Assembly (NCBI GenBank): GCA_002869385.1
Contig: PKTB01000007.1
Span: 80,729-144,728, forward strand
Length of the DNA: 64,000 nucleotides
Direction: 5' to 3'
Source: Marinilabiliales bacterium
GTDB taxonomy: Bacteria > Bacteroidota > Bacteroidia > Bacteroidales > ML635J-15
This document shows positions 19,864 to 28,849 of this stretch, piece by piece (the first letter of the stretch is position 1; the number at the start of each line of letters is the position of its first letter). The notes beneath the pieces are model-generated. The model was not told the DNA's origin and searched no databases. It was given only the letters and a program-made list of their open reading frames with translations. A program made the position numbers and the translations under genes.

Positions 19864-20868
19864 TTATCTTGTTGATATAAAATCATATAAAAAAGTTGAA
19901 GTCCTTCTTAGTAATTCTAATTGTTCTTTTGATATCTTGTCTGGATGAAAATGCATTACTCCATTTCTGATTTCTCTAATGCAATGTAAATTTTTCGTAA
20001 AATCAGTTTTGTCAAATGGCAGTTTTAACAACTTCCACATTTCAGGATTTTCAATTACAATTAAATATTCCCCAAAGGTTAAATCACTTAATGAAGAAAT
20101 CTCTCTATCATAATTGTCAATCGTAACTAACTTTAGTAAGTCTTCTAATATAATTTTGTTATCTAAAATTAACCGAATAAAATTCTCTATCTGTTCAAGT
20201 AAGATAAAGGGTTCAACTTGTTCAATAAATTCTTCGTTTAAATCGAAAGGTGTTACTGGTCCTTTTATTAAATTGTTTTTGTCTTTTACGAAAACTATTC
20301 CAAAATTAATTACTTCTTTAATGGCATCGAATAGAGGAGTATTTTCACTTAATACTTTATAGCTTCTGGAAATGAAATCTTTCACAGTATCCGATTCTTT
20401 GTTAGCAATTAGTCCTTTTGCTATTGATTGCCATGTAATTATCCCAATTATTTCACGTTCATTATTCATAATGGGCAATTGTGAAAAATCATTTTGCCAC
20501 ATAAGATGATAAGCTTTTTCCAACTTTGCATCTCTCTTTACTGAAACTGGAGTTTTCGAGGCTGCTTCTAGTAGTGAGAGTCTACTTATTGGATCAAATG
20601 TTTCTAACTCTTCGTCGCAGGTTCCTTTTGCAATTTTGGCTTTGTCTTTTTCCTTAAGTTCAATTTGTTCATCTATCCAACCACTTTGATAATTTGGGAC
20701 AACTATCATTTTTTCTCTTTGAAGATATTCATTAATTCTCCAAACATTTCCACTTGTTCTTTTTTCATACCAATCAAATAACCAAATAAAATCTCGTTTA
20801 GACATTTTCTTTGATTTTCCTGATTTTTTAATCTCTTTTACTAGTTCTATAAATTCTTTTCTAGGCAT
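19864..20868 (-). CDS. CBS-domain protein with a C-terminal HEPN (Swt1-like, Rx4H) domain
   Basis: The central part is a CBS-pair-like region (AYHLMWQNDFSQLPIMNNEREIIGIITWQSI...LFDAIKEVINFGIVFVKDKNNLIKGPVTPFDL). The C-terminal motif is IREIRNGVMHFH (R-x4-H). Confidence 0.6.
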   Translation of the reverse strand: MPRKEFIELVKEIKKSGKSKKMSKRDFIWLFDWYEKRTSGNVWRINEYLQREKMIVVPNYQSGWIDEQIELKEKDKAKIAKGTCDEELETFDPISRLSLLEAASKTPVSVKRDAKLEKAYHLMWQNDFSQLPIMNNEREIIGIITWQSIAKGLIANKESDTVKDFISRSYKVLSENTPLFDAIKEVINFGIVFVKDKNNLIKGPVTPFDLNEEFIEQVEPFILLEQIENFIRLILDNKIILEDLLKLVTIDNYDREISSLSDLTFGEYLIVIENPEMWKLLKLPFDKTDFTKNLHCIREIRNGVMHFHPDKISKEQLELLRRTSTFLYDFISTR

Positions 20869-20887
20869 TTTAGTTTTTTTTTAATGA

Positions 20888-20990
20888 ACGCTCACGGTCG
20901 CAACTAATTTACTATTTTGATTTTAATTTATTCATTCGTAAAAGCCAAATTGTGAATTTGGCGGTGGTTCGGAAATGCGACTGCCGAACT
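20888..20990. repeat. Structured repeat, family B copy 2
   Basis: CTCACGGTCGCAACTA is followed by an AT-rich linker and then TAAAAGCCAAATTGTGAATTTGGCGGTGGTTCGGAAATGCGACTGCCGAAC (20939-20988). This matches 19215-19261. Confidence 0.7.
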
Positions 20991-21025
20991 TTTACCTATA
21001 TACCCCGCATTGTATATAGGTGTTG

Positions 21026-22408
21026 TTATAGCCAGTTCTTTTTTATATTCTTATACATATCCCAGATTATCCATTCTAATAATATTTTATTATGCGTACA
21101 CATTCTTTTATCTAATGACCATAAAGAATCACTTGAAATTTTAGCTTGATAAGCACAACCTCCACCACAAATTGCAATAGCTTCGCAATTTGTGCATTCT
21201 GGCATATTTAAAGGATAACGTTTAGACCACTCTTTAAACGATGAGTCAATTGAGATTTTTTCAGCATCCCATAATTCACTCTAATAGTATTCCTTATTGT
21301 AAAGAAATCCTTGACACGGGCCAATTAGACCATCAGGAGTAATAACGATTTGATTACCAATGGCACCACAATCTTTTTGATACAATTTCTTCTCAACAAA
21401 TGGTTTTAATTTGCGCATAATACGGTCTTCATACAAACCATTCTTTCTTAGAAATTCAAAGGTTTCAAGTAAACTTTTAGTTGCAATTGCAATATCAACA
21501 GATTGAGGATTAACAGTTTTAGGAAAGTCTATTAAGAAGTTGAAACCAAAACTATTAAAATTGAACTCAGTCATTAAATGTTTTGTTTGATCTTTTAGTG
21601 TTCTATAATTGTGTTTTCAAATAGTAACTGAAGCACTAATGTTTGAGATGCCTGCATCTCTTAGATTCTTAACACTTTTCTGAATTGATGAATAAGTACC
21701 TTTACCGCTAATGAATGGTCTAACAGAATCAGTAATGTCTTTGTTACCATCAATTGAAATTGATATTTGAACATTATGCTTCTCTAGAAAACTTGCATCT
21801 TCTTTTGTAATATCGGATGCATTCGTAATTATTGATAATTCAACATCATTTTTTAAAATTTCTCTCGCATAGGATATTCCTTTTTTTAAAGTTTTTTTAT
21901 TAAGAAATGGTTCACCTCCATAAAAGATTATCCTTCTATTTTTTTTTGAAATTTTTGAGAAAAGGTCAATAGATTTAGAAACTAAGTCTTCAGTCATAAA
22001 AACTTTTTTCGCATCTTCAGGAATAGAATTCTCAATATAACAATACTTACATTTCAAATTACAACTATCTGTAACAATTAGATACATAATCTGAATATCA
22101 ATGTTGGAGTGATTTTTAATATAAGCAGAATCTATCCGTTCGCGATTATTATACGTCGTAATAATTCCATTCTGAAAGAGAGACTCAAATAGTGATAGAA
22201 TTTTATTCTTATTTAAATCTGGGTTAACATGACAGAAATCTTCAAGAGTTTTATGCTTTTTTAAATTATTGAAAGTCGCAAATGATGATTTGTTTAAATA
22301 AACGACATTCATGTAATATGCATGATAAAGTGCATAAATATTTTCATTTTCATAAACGTGAAGGTATTTAGACTCCTTAATTTCTGTTGTAAAAGTTAAT
22401 TTATTCAT
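21026..22408 (-). CDS. Radical SAM/SPASM peptide-maturase-like enzyme with an N-terminal extension that may be an RRE. It is interrupted by TGA 21617-21619 and TAG 21281-21283.
   Basis: This is one 461-codon frame. The rSAM motif is VTDSCNLKCKYCYI. After the TGA the frame continues (KHNYRTLKDQTKHLMTEFNF...PDGLIGPCQGF). After the TAG it continues with the SPASM motif PECTNCEAIAICGGGCAYQA. Confidence 0.8.
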
Positions 22409-22643
22409 TTATTTTAATTATAATATCAGAAGACTCGACTTCTTTCTGTGGAATATAACAAGTACAAACATTCCCAGGACAGAAACATGCTGTTGTACAA
22501 ACACATGAAGGTTTCACGCAAACATTACCAGCACAAACACCTATACATGTTCCTACTGAATTATCACTTGAACCAATTGAATCAATAGATTGTTTTCGAT
22601 CAGAATCTGTAGGTGCATTAAATTTAATTTCTTGGTTTTTCAT
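22401..22643 (-). CDS. Cys-rich RiPP precursor-like peptide (80 aa)
   Basis: A polar leader is followed by GTCIGVCAGNVCVKPSCVCTTACFCPGNVCTCY, which has 9 Cys in about 30 residues. Its 3' end overlaps the maturase start by 8 nt. Confidence 0.6.
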   Translation of the reverse strand: MKNQEIKFNAPTDSDRKQSIDSIGSSDNSVGTCIGVCAGNVCVKPSCVCTTACFCPGNVCTCYIPQKEVESSDIIIKINE

Positions 22644-22649
22644 AATTTA

Positions 22650-23177
22650 TTATTTTATTGGAACAATTTCATTTTTCCATCGATTATATAATTTTTCAAA
22701 ATTTGACGCTATCTCTATATTAAGTTCTTTTCTTCTTAATTCAATGTATGGCTTTAAAGTTACAAAAGTATCTGTTGCAACCACAATTAGTGAATCAGAA
22801 GCAATTTGGTTATCATAGTATTTATTATTAATTCCTAGGGAAAGATTATCAAAGTATGCAACAATTCTTAAAATATTGGCTCTGAAAGTTGGGTTTTCTA
22901 AAAGCTTTTTAAGTTTCTGTTCAGAAATTGAATCTGTTCCAGAGCCTTTAGGAACTAGTTCACTTAATACTTTTCTATTGATTCCTTTCAATTCAGTTGT
23001 ATATATATCTATATATTGAAAAGTTGCATTTTTTCGATTCCAATCTGTTTGTTCAGCCATTTGTACTGTAGAAAACTTTAATTGTTTTATTAATAAGTAA
23101 ACTTGGTAAAACGCAAAAGGTATTCCGACTAGAAGTGCGACAACTTCAATATATGTTTTAATACATTCAATATTCAT
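22650..23177 (-). CDS. Hypothetical protein with an N-terminal transmembrane helix. It is the first gene of the RiPP block.
   Basis: The TM segment is VVALLVGIPFAFYQVYLLI. The remainder is a helical soluble domain. No family was recognised. Confidence 0.4.
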   Translation of the reverse strand: MNIECIKTYIEVVALLVGIPFAFYQVYLLIKQLKFSTVQMAEQTDWNRKNATFQYIDIYTTELKGINRKVLSELVPKGSGTDSISEQKLKKLLENPTFRANILRIVAYFDNLSLGINNKYYDNQIASDSLIVVATDTFVTLKPYIELRRKELNIEIASNFEKLYNRWKNEIVPIK

Positions 23178-23510
23178 ATTTTGATGATTTTATTACGTCT
23201 TTGTTTGAATTACAACTAACCGTAAAGTTAATTGTTAATTTATAGTTTCTTAACATTTTTAAATTATATCCACTTTTTCCTCAATTTACCATATCGTTAG
23301 CGAAAATATTCATCGATATTTGGGTCGAAGTGGGATTGGCTATAACTGTCTCGTGTATGAGCAGTAGCAGATTTCAATCCACTAAACTGTCAGATAGCAC
23401 CGAACTTTGATTTATAGTATTTTATTTCAAAATAGCACTGAACCCGCTATTGCTTATACACATTGTTGTATGCCCGTGCTTTTTCATTTTCTTTTCTGTC
23501 AGCGTTGGGG

Positions 23511-23577
23511 CAGCCATACTCTTTGGCAAGTTTTGGCTTGTGAGGCTGCTTTGAGCGACTTGCCAATGAGTATGGAT
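23511..23577. repeat. Long imperfect palindrome directly 3' of the TIR/caspase block
   Basis: CCATACTCTTTGGCAAGT and ACTTGCCAATGAGTATGG pair at 17 of 18 positions around a 26-nt loop. The palindrome lies about 15 nt after the stop of 23593-23964. Confidence 0.8.
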
Positions 23578-23592
23578 GCGAAGGGTTGGGAA

Positions 23593-23964
23593 TTAAAGTG
23601 AATCAATAAATTCCTTGATATTATCCCAAGTCCAAACTCTTGTGTAAACTCCTTCTAAGTCAGTTCTGTCATCATAATAAGCCCAAATTCCTCTAACTTT
23701 TTTTCCTTCTTCTCTTGCACATTGAATTTCCCATTTCTGACCGCTTGAAGTCAATGAATTCTTACTCACCAAAGCAATAACTCCATCAGAGCGCTTAATT
23801 CTAGTCCTTACTCGTTCTTTCCATTCTTTGTCATACGGTTGTTTTACTGACATGTCAATGTACTCGAATGGTGATTTCGTGTTTAAAGATTGACCTTTTA
23901 AAAGGTCTCTTTGTTTCTCATCTTCAATTGCAAATGCAATAAAAACTACTTTTTTATCTGCCAT
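23593..23964 (-). CDS. TIR-like (DUF1863 / ThsB-like) domain protein, soluble
   Basis: Motifs are KVVFIAFAIEDEKQRDLL...YIDMSVKQPYD...IALVSKNSLTSSGQKWEIQCAREEG. It is a paralog of 24956-25474. Confidence 0.7.
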   Translation of the reverse strand: MADKKVVFIAFAIEDEKQRDLLKGQSLNTKSPFEYIDMSVKQPYDKEWKERVRTRIKRSDGVIALVSKNSLTSSGQKWEIQCAREEGKKVRGIWAYYDDRTDLEGVYTRVWTWDNIKEFIDSL

Positions 23965-23982
23965 GATATTTTTATTTATGGT

Positions 23983-24954
23983 TTAAATTCTTTTGTCTTT
24001 TACTAGTCGCCAATAATGATAACCCAATGCTGTAAGTCTGCAAGTTTTTGAATGCATTGCTGCGAAATACATATGTTGTTCATCAACTGGAACAACTAAA
24101 CCCACACTTGCTAACTTTTGTAAATCCTTGAAGACCGAAACATTTTTCTCATTTGCATAAGGTTCTGTAAACTCATGCTCAATTGCTGGATCATTTGTGA
24201 ACTCAAAGGATGGGTCAAGTTGAAACTGTTCTTCAGGTGATGTAAAGTATTGATTTAATCGTCTAAGAATTTCAGGCGAAACCTGTGGTGAAACTGTCCT
24301 TAATGATGTAAAGCGAGTAATGTTTGTTTTAAATACTGGTCTTTGATCCCATGGACCAAGAGCTTGGTCAATGTAGGAATAAATGCTGCCTGGTGTAATA
24401 TGACCTCTCAAATCTGCTGCTCCGCCTTGCAATGCATCCAGCAAAAGATTCGTAAAAACACCATGTCCGTTAACTTCCATAGAAGCTTCGTCTTCCTTAC
24501 TCGCTGTTAGAATCGAGACGCCTTCTCCGATTTGAGCGTTTTGATTACCACCTAATTTCGGTGTACCAAATGCACCTGAATGGCAACAATCAAGTATGAT
24601 TACACGGTTTTTGGCTTTTGATTCATTTGCAATGTTCAAGATTTCATCCATTGAAATACCTTCATCATTCGCTTTGAAGTCTGGAGTAACGATTATTCCT
24701 CCTCCAGTATCATCAAAAAAGCCATGACCAGAGAAATAGAATAAAGCAGTTTCACAATCTCCAGCGAATAATTCTTTGATGTGTCCTTTTAATTCTCCTT
24801 TTGTTGGAACATCTGTTAGTAAACGAACGTCAAAATTTGGAGAACCATCTCCATTAGTTTCTAATGTATTTCCAAAAGCAGAAGCATCATTGATGCAGCC
24901 AAATAATTCTGATTTTGGGTAATTATTGATACCGACAACAAGTGCTTTTCTCAT
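23983..24954 (-). CDS. Caspase/metacaspase-fold (C14) cysteine peptidase with a C-terminal extension
   Basis: Motifs are KALVVGINNY...LINDA-type CINDASAF, the catalytic His in FYFSGHG, and the catalytic Cys in VIILDCCHSGAFG. The C-terminal domain of about 150 aa was not recognised. Confidence 0.85.
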   Translation of the reverse strand: MRKALVVGINNYPKSELFGCINDASAFGNTLETNGDGSPNFDVRLLTDVPTKGELKGHIKELFAGDCETALFYFSGHGFFDDTGGGIIVTPDFKANDEGISMDEILNIANESKAKNRVIILDCCHSGAFGTPKLGGNQNAQIGEGVSILTASKEDEASMEVNGHGVFTNLLLDALQGGAADLRGHITPGSIYSYIDQALGPWDQRPVFKTNITRFTSLRTVSPQVSPEILRRLNQYFTSPEEQFQLDPSFEFTNDPAIEHEFTEPYANEKNVSVFKDLQKLASVGLVVPVDEQHMYFAAMHSKTCRLTALGYHYWRLVKDKRI

Positions 24955-24955
24955 A

Positions 24956-25474
24956 TTATATTTTTTTAATGACCTTAGATAAATTATCCCAAGACCAAGT
25001 GATTACTTTTTTGCCTCTCAATTCTGGCGGAATTGCTCCTTTATTATTCTTTTTGATATGCATTCCGATTACTGGCAATCCTTCTTCCTTAGCACATTTT
25101 ATTTCCCATCTTGCACCGCTTGAATGCCAAGTGTTTTTGCTCAAAAGGACTATCATCCCGTCACAGGATTTGATTTTGGTACGGCATTTCTGTTTCCAAA
25201 TTTTCTCGTCCCATGGCTGTTTTACTGACATATCTACAAATGAGAAAGGCGACCGTTCATTTTTGGCTTGTTGCACCAAATAATCTCTGTATTGCTCATC
25301 TTCAATAGCAAAGCTGATAAAGATGCGTTTCTTTATTTCCTTACCTGAATCTTCTTCATCTTCAAAAAGAGCTTTCAAAAGAAGAGCAACTGCACCCGCA
25401 CCAATTATTACTGGCCACATATTCGACTTTTTTTTATTGTACTCATTCATATTAATTCTTTTCAGCGTTGGCAA
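24956..25474 (-). CDS. TIR-like (DUF1863 / ThsB-like) domain protein with an N-terminal transmembrane helix
   Basis: The TM segment is MWPVIIGAGAVALLLKALF. It is followed by RIFISFAIEDEQYRDYL...FVDMSVKQPWD...IVLLSKNTWHSSGARWEIKCAKEEG. The start may be the internal ATG near 25450. Confidence 0.7.
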   Translation of the reverse strand: MPTLKRINMNEYNKKKSNMWPVIIGAGAVALLLKALFEDEEDSGKEIKKRIFISFAIEDEQYRDYLVQQAKNERSPFSFVDMSVKQPWDEKIWKQKCRTKIKSCDGMIVLLSKNTWHSSGARWEIKCAKEEGLPVIGMHIKKNNKGAIPPELRGKKVITWSWDNLSKVIKKI

Positions 25475-26387
25475 AAAATAGCTCTTTTGGTTTTTTAGCG
25501 TTTGCCTTTGTGTCGGCAGAAACCAAATGTGCTATTTGTGCGGTCGTCTTTTTCAGCATGGCATACAACTAGTTTATGCCCGGATTTTAATTCTCCATAA
25601 TTATTAATAAATAACTTCACCTTAATTCTTGGTTATATCTATTCATTAAATAAAAACTCTGATTTCACACAAATCTGTTAAATCATTATAAATCCTATTT
25701 TTCTGCATCATTTTTTTGTAAATAAATAGAAATTATAACATTCACTTTCTTTCGCTCGAATTTACATTTTTTATTTCTGATAGAAGAATAAATCTTATAC
25801 AAAATTAACGTGGAATTGAAAAATCATAGTTTTATCCAGTTGAAATAAGGGTAAACCCTTAGCTTTTTTATAAAGAATTTGAAATTTAACAATAAAGTAG
25901 ACTAGAATTTATTTATTGTGTACTTAAATTTTAAACATCTAAAGAGACTTTCCAAACCACCAATTCCCAAAAGTTCTAATCAAATAAGATTACTGCTTAT
26001 TGTATCTGCGAAGCTGTAAAGCAAAAACAACTGCTACAACAGAAGATATCCCGAATTTTCAATTCGAGGATGAAAATAGATATTCCTAAGAGTTCAGAAA
26101 TGTTTTTTTTTATCCCTCCGGGAAGGTTGTGGTATTTCTGAACACTAAGGACTATCTCTGTTGAATAGCCGCTGTTTATGGCTTTAAGTTCAGCTGCAGA
26201 ACAAACGCAGAAAACTAATTAGATGTATAAACTTAAAAATAAATATTATGTGTAAAAACTGGAAAATATCAGAATTGAAAAGAAACGAACACCGCTTCAA
26301 ATCTATTATCTGTATAAACCATTTTGCAAGTTTTAACACATCTAAAATAGAAAATCAATTATTTATTAATCTTTAAATTTTATTATT

Positions 26388-26825
26388 ATGGCAACAGCAA
26401 TTGCAAAAAATGCGAATGAGAAAGTTTCAACTAAAGAAACAAATGTAAATTCAATTAGTATTAAAGCTATTGAAAAGAATGTTACTGCAAACAAAAAAGC
26501 AGAACAGGTAAAATCAATTGAGAAAAAGGTTGAAGAACCTGTTCAGAAAGTTGTTGAACCTGTTTTAACTCTCGAACAGAAAATCGAGAAAGTAGAAAAT
26601 CTCAAAACCTTAGTTGACAAAAGAGAAAAACTTGAAATGAGTCGTAAGAAATTACAATCTTTTGTTGTTGGAGCTAATCAATTTAGTGAAAACATTGTAT
26701 TAACAGATGAAAACGGCAACACTTTTAAAACTTCAAATACTGAAGTATTTACAAAAGTTGTTGAGGCTATCAATACTACTTTGGTTGGCAAAATCAGTGA
26801 GATTGAACAACAAATCCAGTTTTAA
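26388..26825 (+). CDS. Hypothetical Lys/Glu-rich protein (mobile-element context)
   Basis: The ORF is 145 aa with a low-complexity charged N-terminal half. No family was recognised. Confidence 0.4.
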   Translation: MATAIAKNANEKVSTKETNVNSISIKAIEKNVTANKKAEQVKSIEKKVEEPVQKVVEPVLTLEQKIEKVENLKTLVDKREKLEMSRKKLQSFVVGANQFSENIVLTDENGNTFKTSNTEVFTKVVEAINTTLVGKISEIEQQIQF

Positions 26826-26831
26826 ATTTTT

Positions 26832-26853
26832 GAGGTCTGTTCCGGCAGACCTC
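26832..26853 (+). terminator. Hairpin after 26388-26825
   Basis: GAGGTCTG-TTCCGG-CAGACCTC is followed by a T-rich stretch. Confidence 0.5.
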
Positions 26854-27022
26854 ATTTAATCTTTTCAATTATGAACACTTTAAAGACTAAAACAAATAAA
26901 ATCGGTAAAACGTCTAAAAGAAAGAAACAGAAAGAAGTTTTAAAATCAATGATTAGCGAAAATCCGAACATTGACAAGCTTATTAAAAGTTTAAACATTG
27001 TATTAACTAAAGCATAATAATC

Positions 27023-27961
27023 ATGAACACAAACAAAATATACGAGCGTATAACAGCTACGATAATCGAAATGTTAGAATAACATAAAAACAATAATTTT
27101 TCTGAGTCATGGTACAGTTTAACTGGAGAAGTATTTGCACGTAATATTGTAACAAATCATGTTTACAATGGGATTAACCAATTATTGTTGGGCTATCTTA
27201 AACGCAAAAGAAATTACACTCTAAACCGTTGGTTAACTTTCAAACAAATTCAAAATTATAATGCCCGAATAATCAAAGGCAGTAAAACTGCAATGGTAGT
27301 TTACACCTCTACTTTGTATATTGATGAAGAAACAGGACAAAATATTACACGAAAAGTTGAAGAACTAATTAGAAAAAAACAATCAATAGATCATTTAAAT
27401 ATTAAGAAAATCGGATATTTAAAAGATTACAAAGTCTTTAATGTAAATTGTGTTGAAGGATTACCAGCGGAGTTTTACGAGCAATCAGAACTTGATAATT
27501 TGATAGAAATTGAAAGAGACGAAAGAGCAGAAAAGCTTGTACATAATCTTGAAGTTAATATTTGTTATGAGGCTCAAAATGAGGCTTATTACAGACCTTC
27601 TGATGATACGATATTTATGCCATTGCCAAAACAATTTGTTTCAAAAGAAGCGTTCTTATCAGTTTTGATGCATGAAGCATCACATTCGACAGGGCATCCT
27701 TCAAGATTAAACCGACCTTTAAACAATGTTTTTGCTTCACCTGCGTATGGATTTGAAGAGCTCATAAGTGAGTTGTCATCAGCCTTTATTATGGCTTATT
27801 TAGGTTATGAAAGTAGAATTACAGACAATGTTGCATATATTGAAAGTTGGTTACAAGCAATGAAGAATGATAAAAAGTTTATTGTTTCAGCAGCATCCCA
27901 AGCACAAAAAGCAGCAGACTATATTTTACAATCTGAAAATGCTAATGAAGTAGCAGCTTAA
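27023..27961 (+). CDS. ArdC-like antirestriction protein, with an N-terminal ssDNA-binding DUF1738-type domain and a zincin metallopeptidase domain. It is interrupted by an in-frame TAA at 27080-27082.
   Basis: The N-terminus reads MNTNKIYERITATIIEMLE*HKNNNFSESWYSL...VYNGINQLLLGY...WLTFKQIQNYNARIIKGSKTAMVVY. The metallopeptidase motif is LMHEASHSTGH. Confidence 0.7.
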
Positions 27962-28497
27962 ATTTTTATTGAGTTTTCTTTTCTATGAGTGAGAAGAAAA
28001 TTCGTTTCACCCTGACCTAAGCCCAAATTGATAGTTGAGTGCTGCACCCGCACCTAAAAGAATTATCTTCATCATCGATTATGTAGAATGTAAAGATTTT
28101 GCCTACTCACGGCTATTCACACATAATCAAAACTACTTACAAATAGCAAAAATACTCATAATACAAGTAAGGTGGGCACTGCTATGAGTTTACCCAAAAT
28201 TATTAATGTTATTTATTTGTCAATTTTTCACATGTTTTTTAATGATTATTTTTATTTATTTTTAACACTAAAAACCTTTGATAATAGCAGTGTTTATCAC
28301 TGTTTTACATTTCTCAGTTCAAACCCGATTCTTACCTTTTTCTTACCGGATTGTTCCTTTACTTTTACTGGACTATTTCCGGATGATTATCCGATCATTA
28401 CCTGATCTGAGAATTTAACAACATTTAAAGGCGTTTTATGTGATTTTGCAGAAAATCAATATTTTAAAGTTTTTAGATTTTAAATAAACACTTATTT

Positions 28498-28839
28498 ATG
28501 GCTAAATCAAAGATCTTATCAAAAGAGGAAATGTACCAGGACAATATCATTGGAGTTAAATATGTAAATGGTACACGCAAATATGAATCCTGTGGTGGAC
28601 TTGCCGGAGTACAAGACTATATTACCAAAGAAATAAAGCGAATACAATATCTCAAGATCTGCTGGAATTGTGGATCGCCATACGAAAGCAACAGGTACAA
28701 TTCATTTGCCTGTAGTAATAAGTGCAAACAAAATCTTATTCATAAATATAATAAAGGATTAAAGCCTCCTGTCAGGATGGAACTCCAGACCAAAGCAAAA
28801 AAGATAGAAAAGCTAAAAGATAAATTCGGGTATCTTTAA
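28498..28839 (+). CDS. Hypothetical zinc-ribbon protein
   Basis: It has the pattern CWNCGSPY...FACSNKCKQ. No family was recognised. Confidence 0.4.
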   Translation: MAKSKILSKEEMYQDNIIGVKYVNGTRKYESCGGLAGVQDYITKEIKRIQYLKICWNCGSPYESNRYNSFACSNKCKQNLIHKYNKGLKPPVRMELQTKAKKIEKLKDKFGYL

Positions 28840-28849
28840 TTCTCAAATT

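Noticed and set aside
7027-21619. TGA recoding (genetic code 4/25 or selenocysteine) as an explanation for the in-frame TGA codons
   Set aside because: TGA clearly terminates genes here. It follows the canonical OMP C-terminal ...NYRF at 15613. It forms an ATGA stop-start overlap at 14431-14434. It ends the rSAM gene at 13415 just before a repeat element. TAA and TAG also occur in-frame. I saw no SECIS-like hairpin or redox-motif context.
10820-28405. Plus-strand ORFs in array spacers and intergenic DNA (10820-11035, 12235-12552, 17061-17282, 20952-21149, 23407-23601, 24942-25283 and 28172-28405)
   Set aside because: They overlap spacer palindromes or the opposite strand of real genes. They lack plausible starts or motifs, and they run against the uniform minus-strand organisation of the array.
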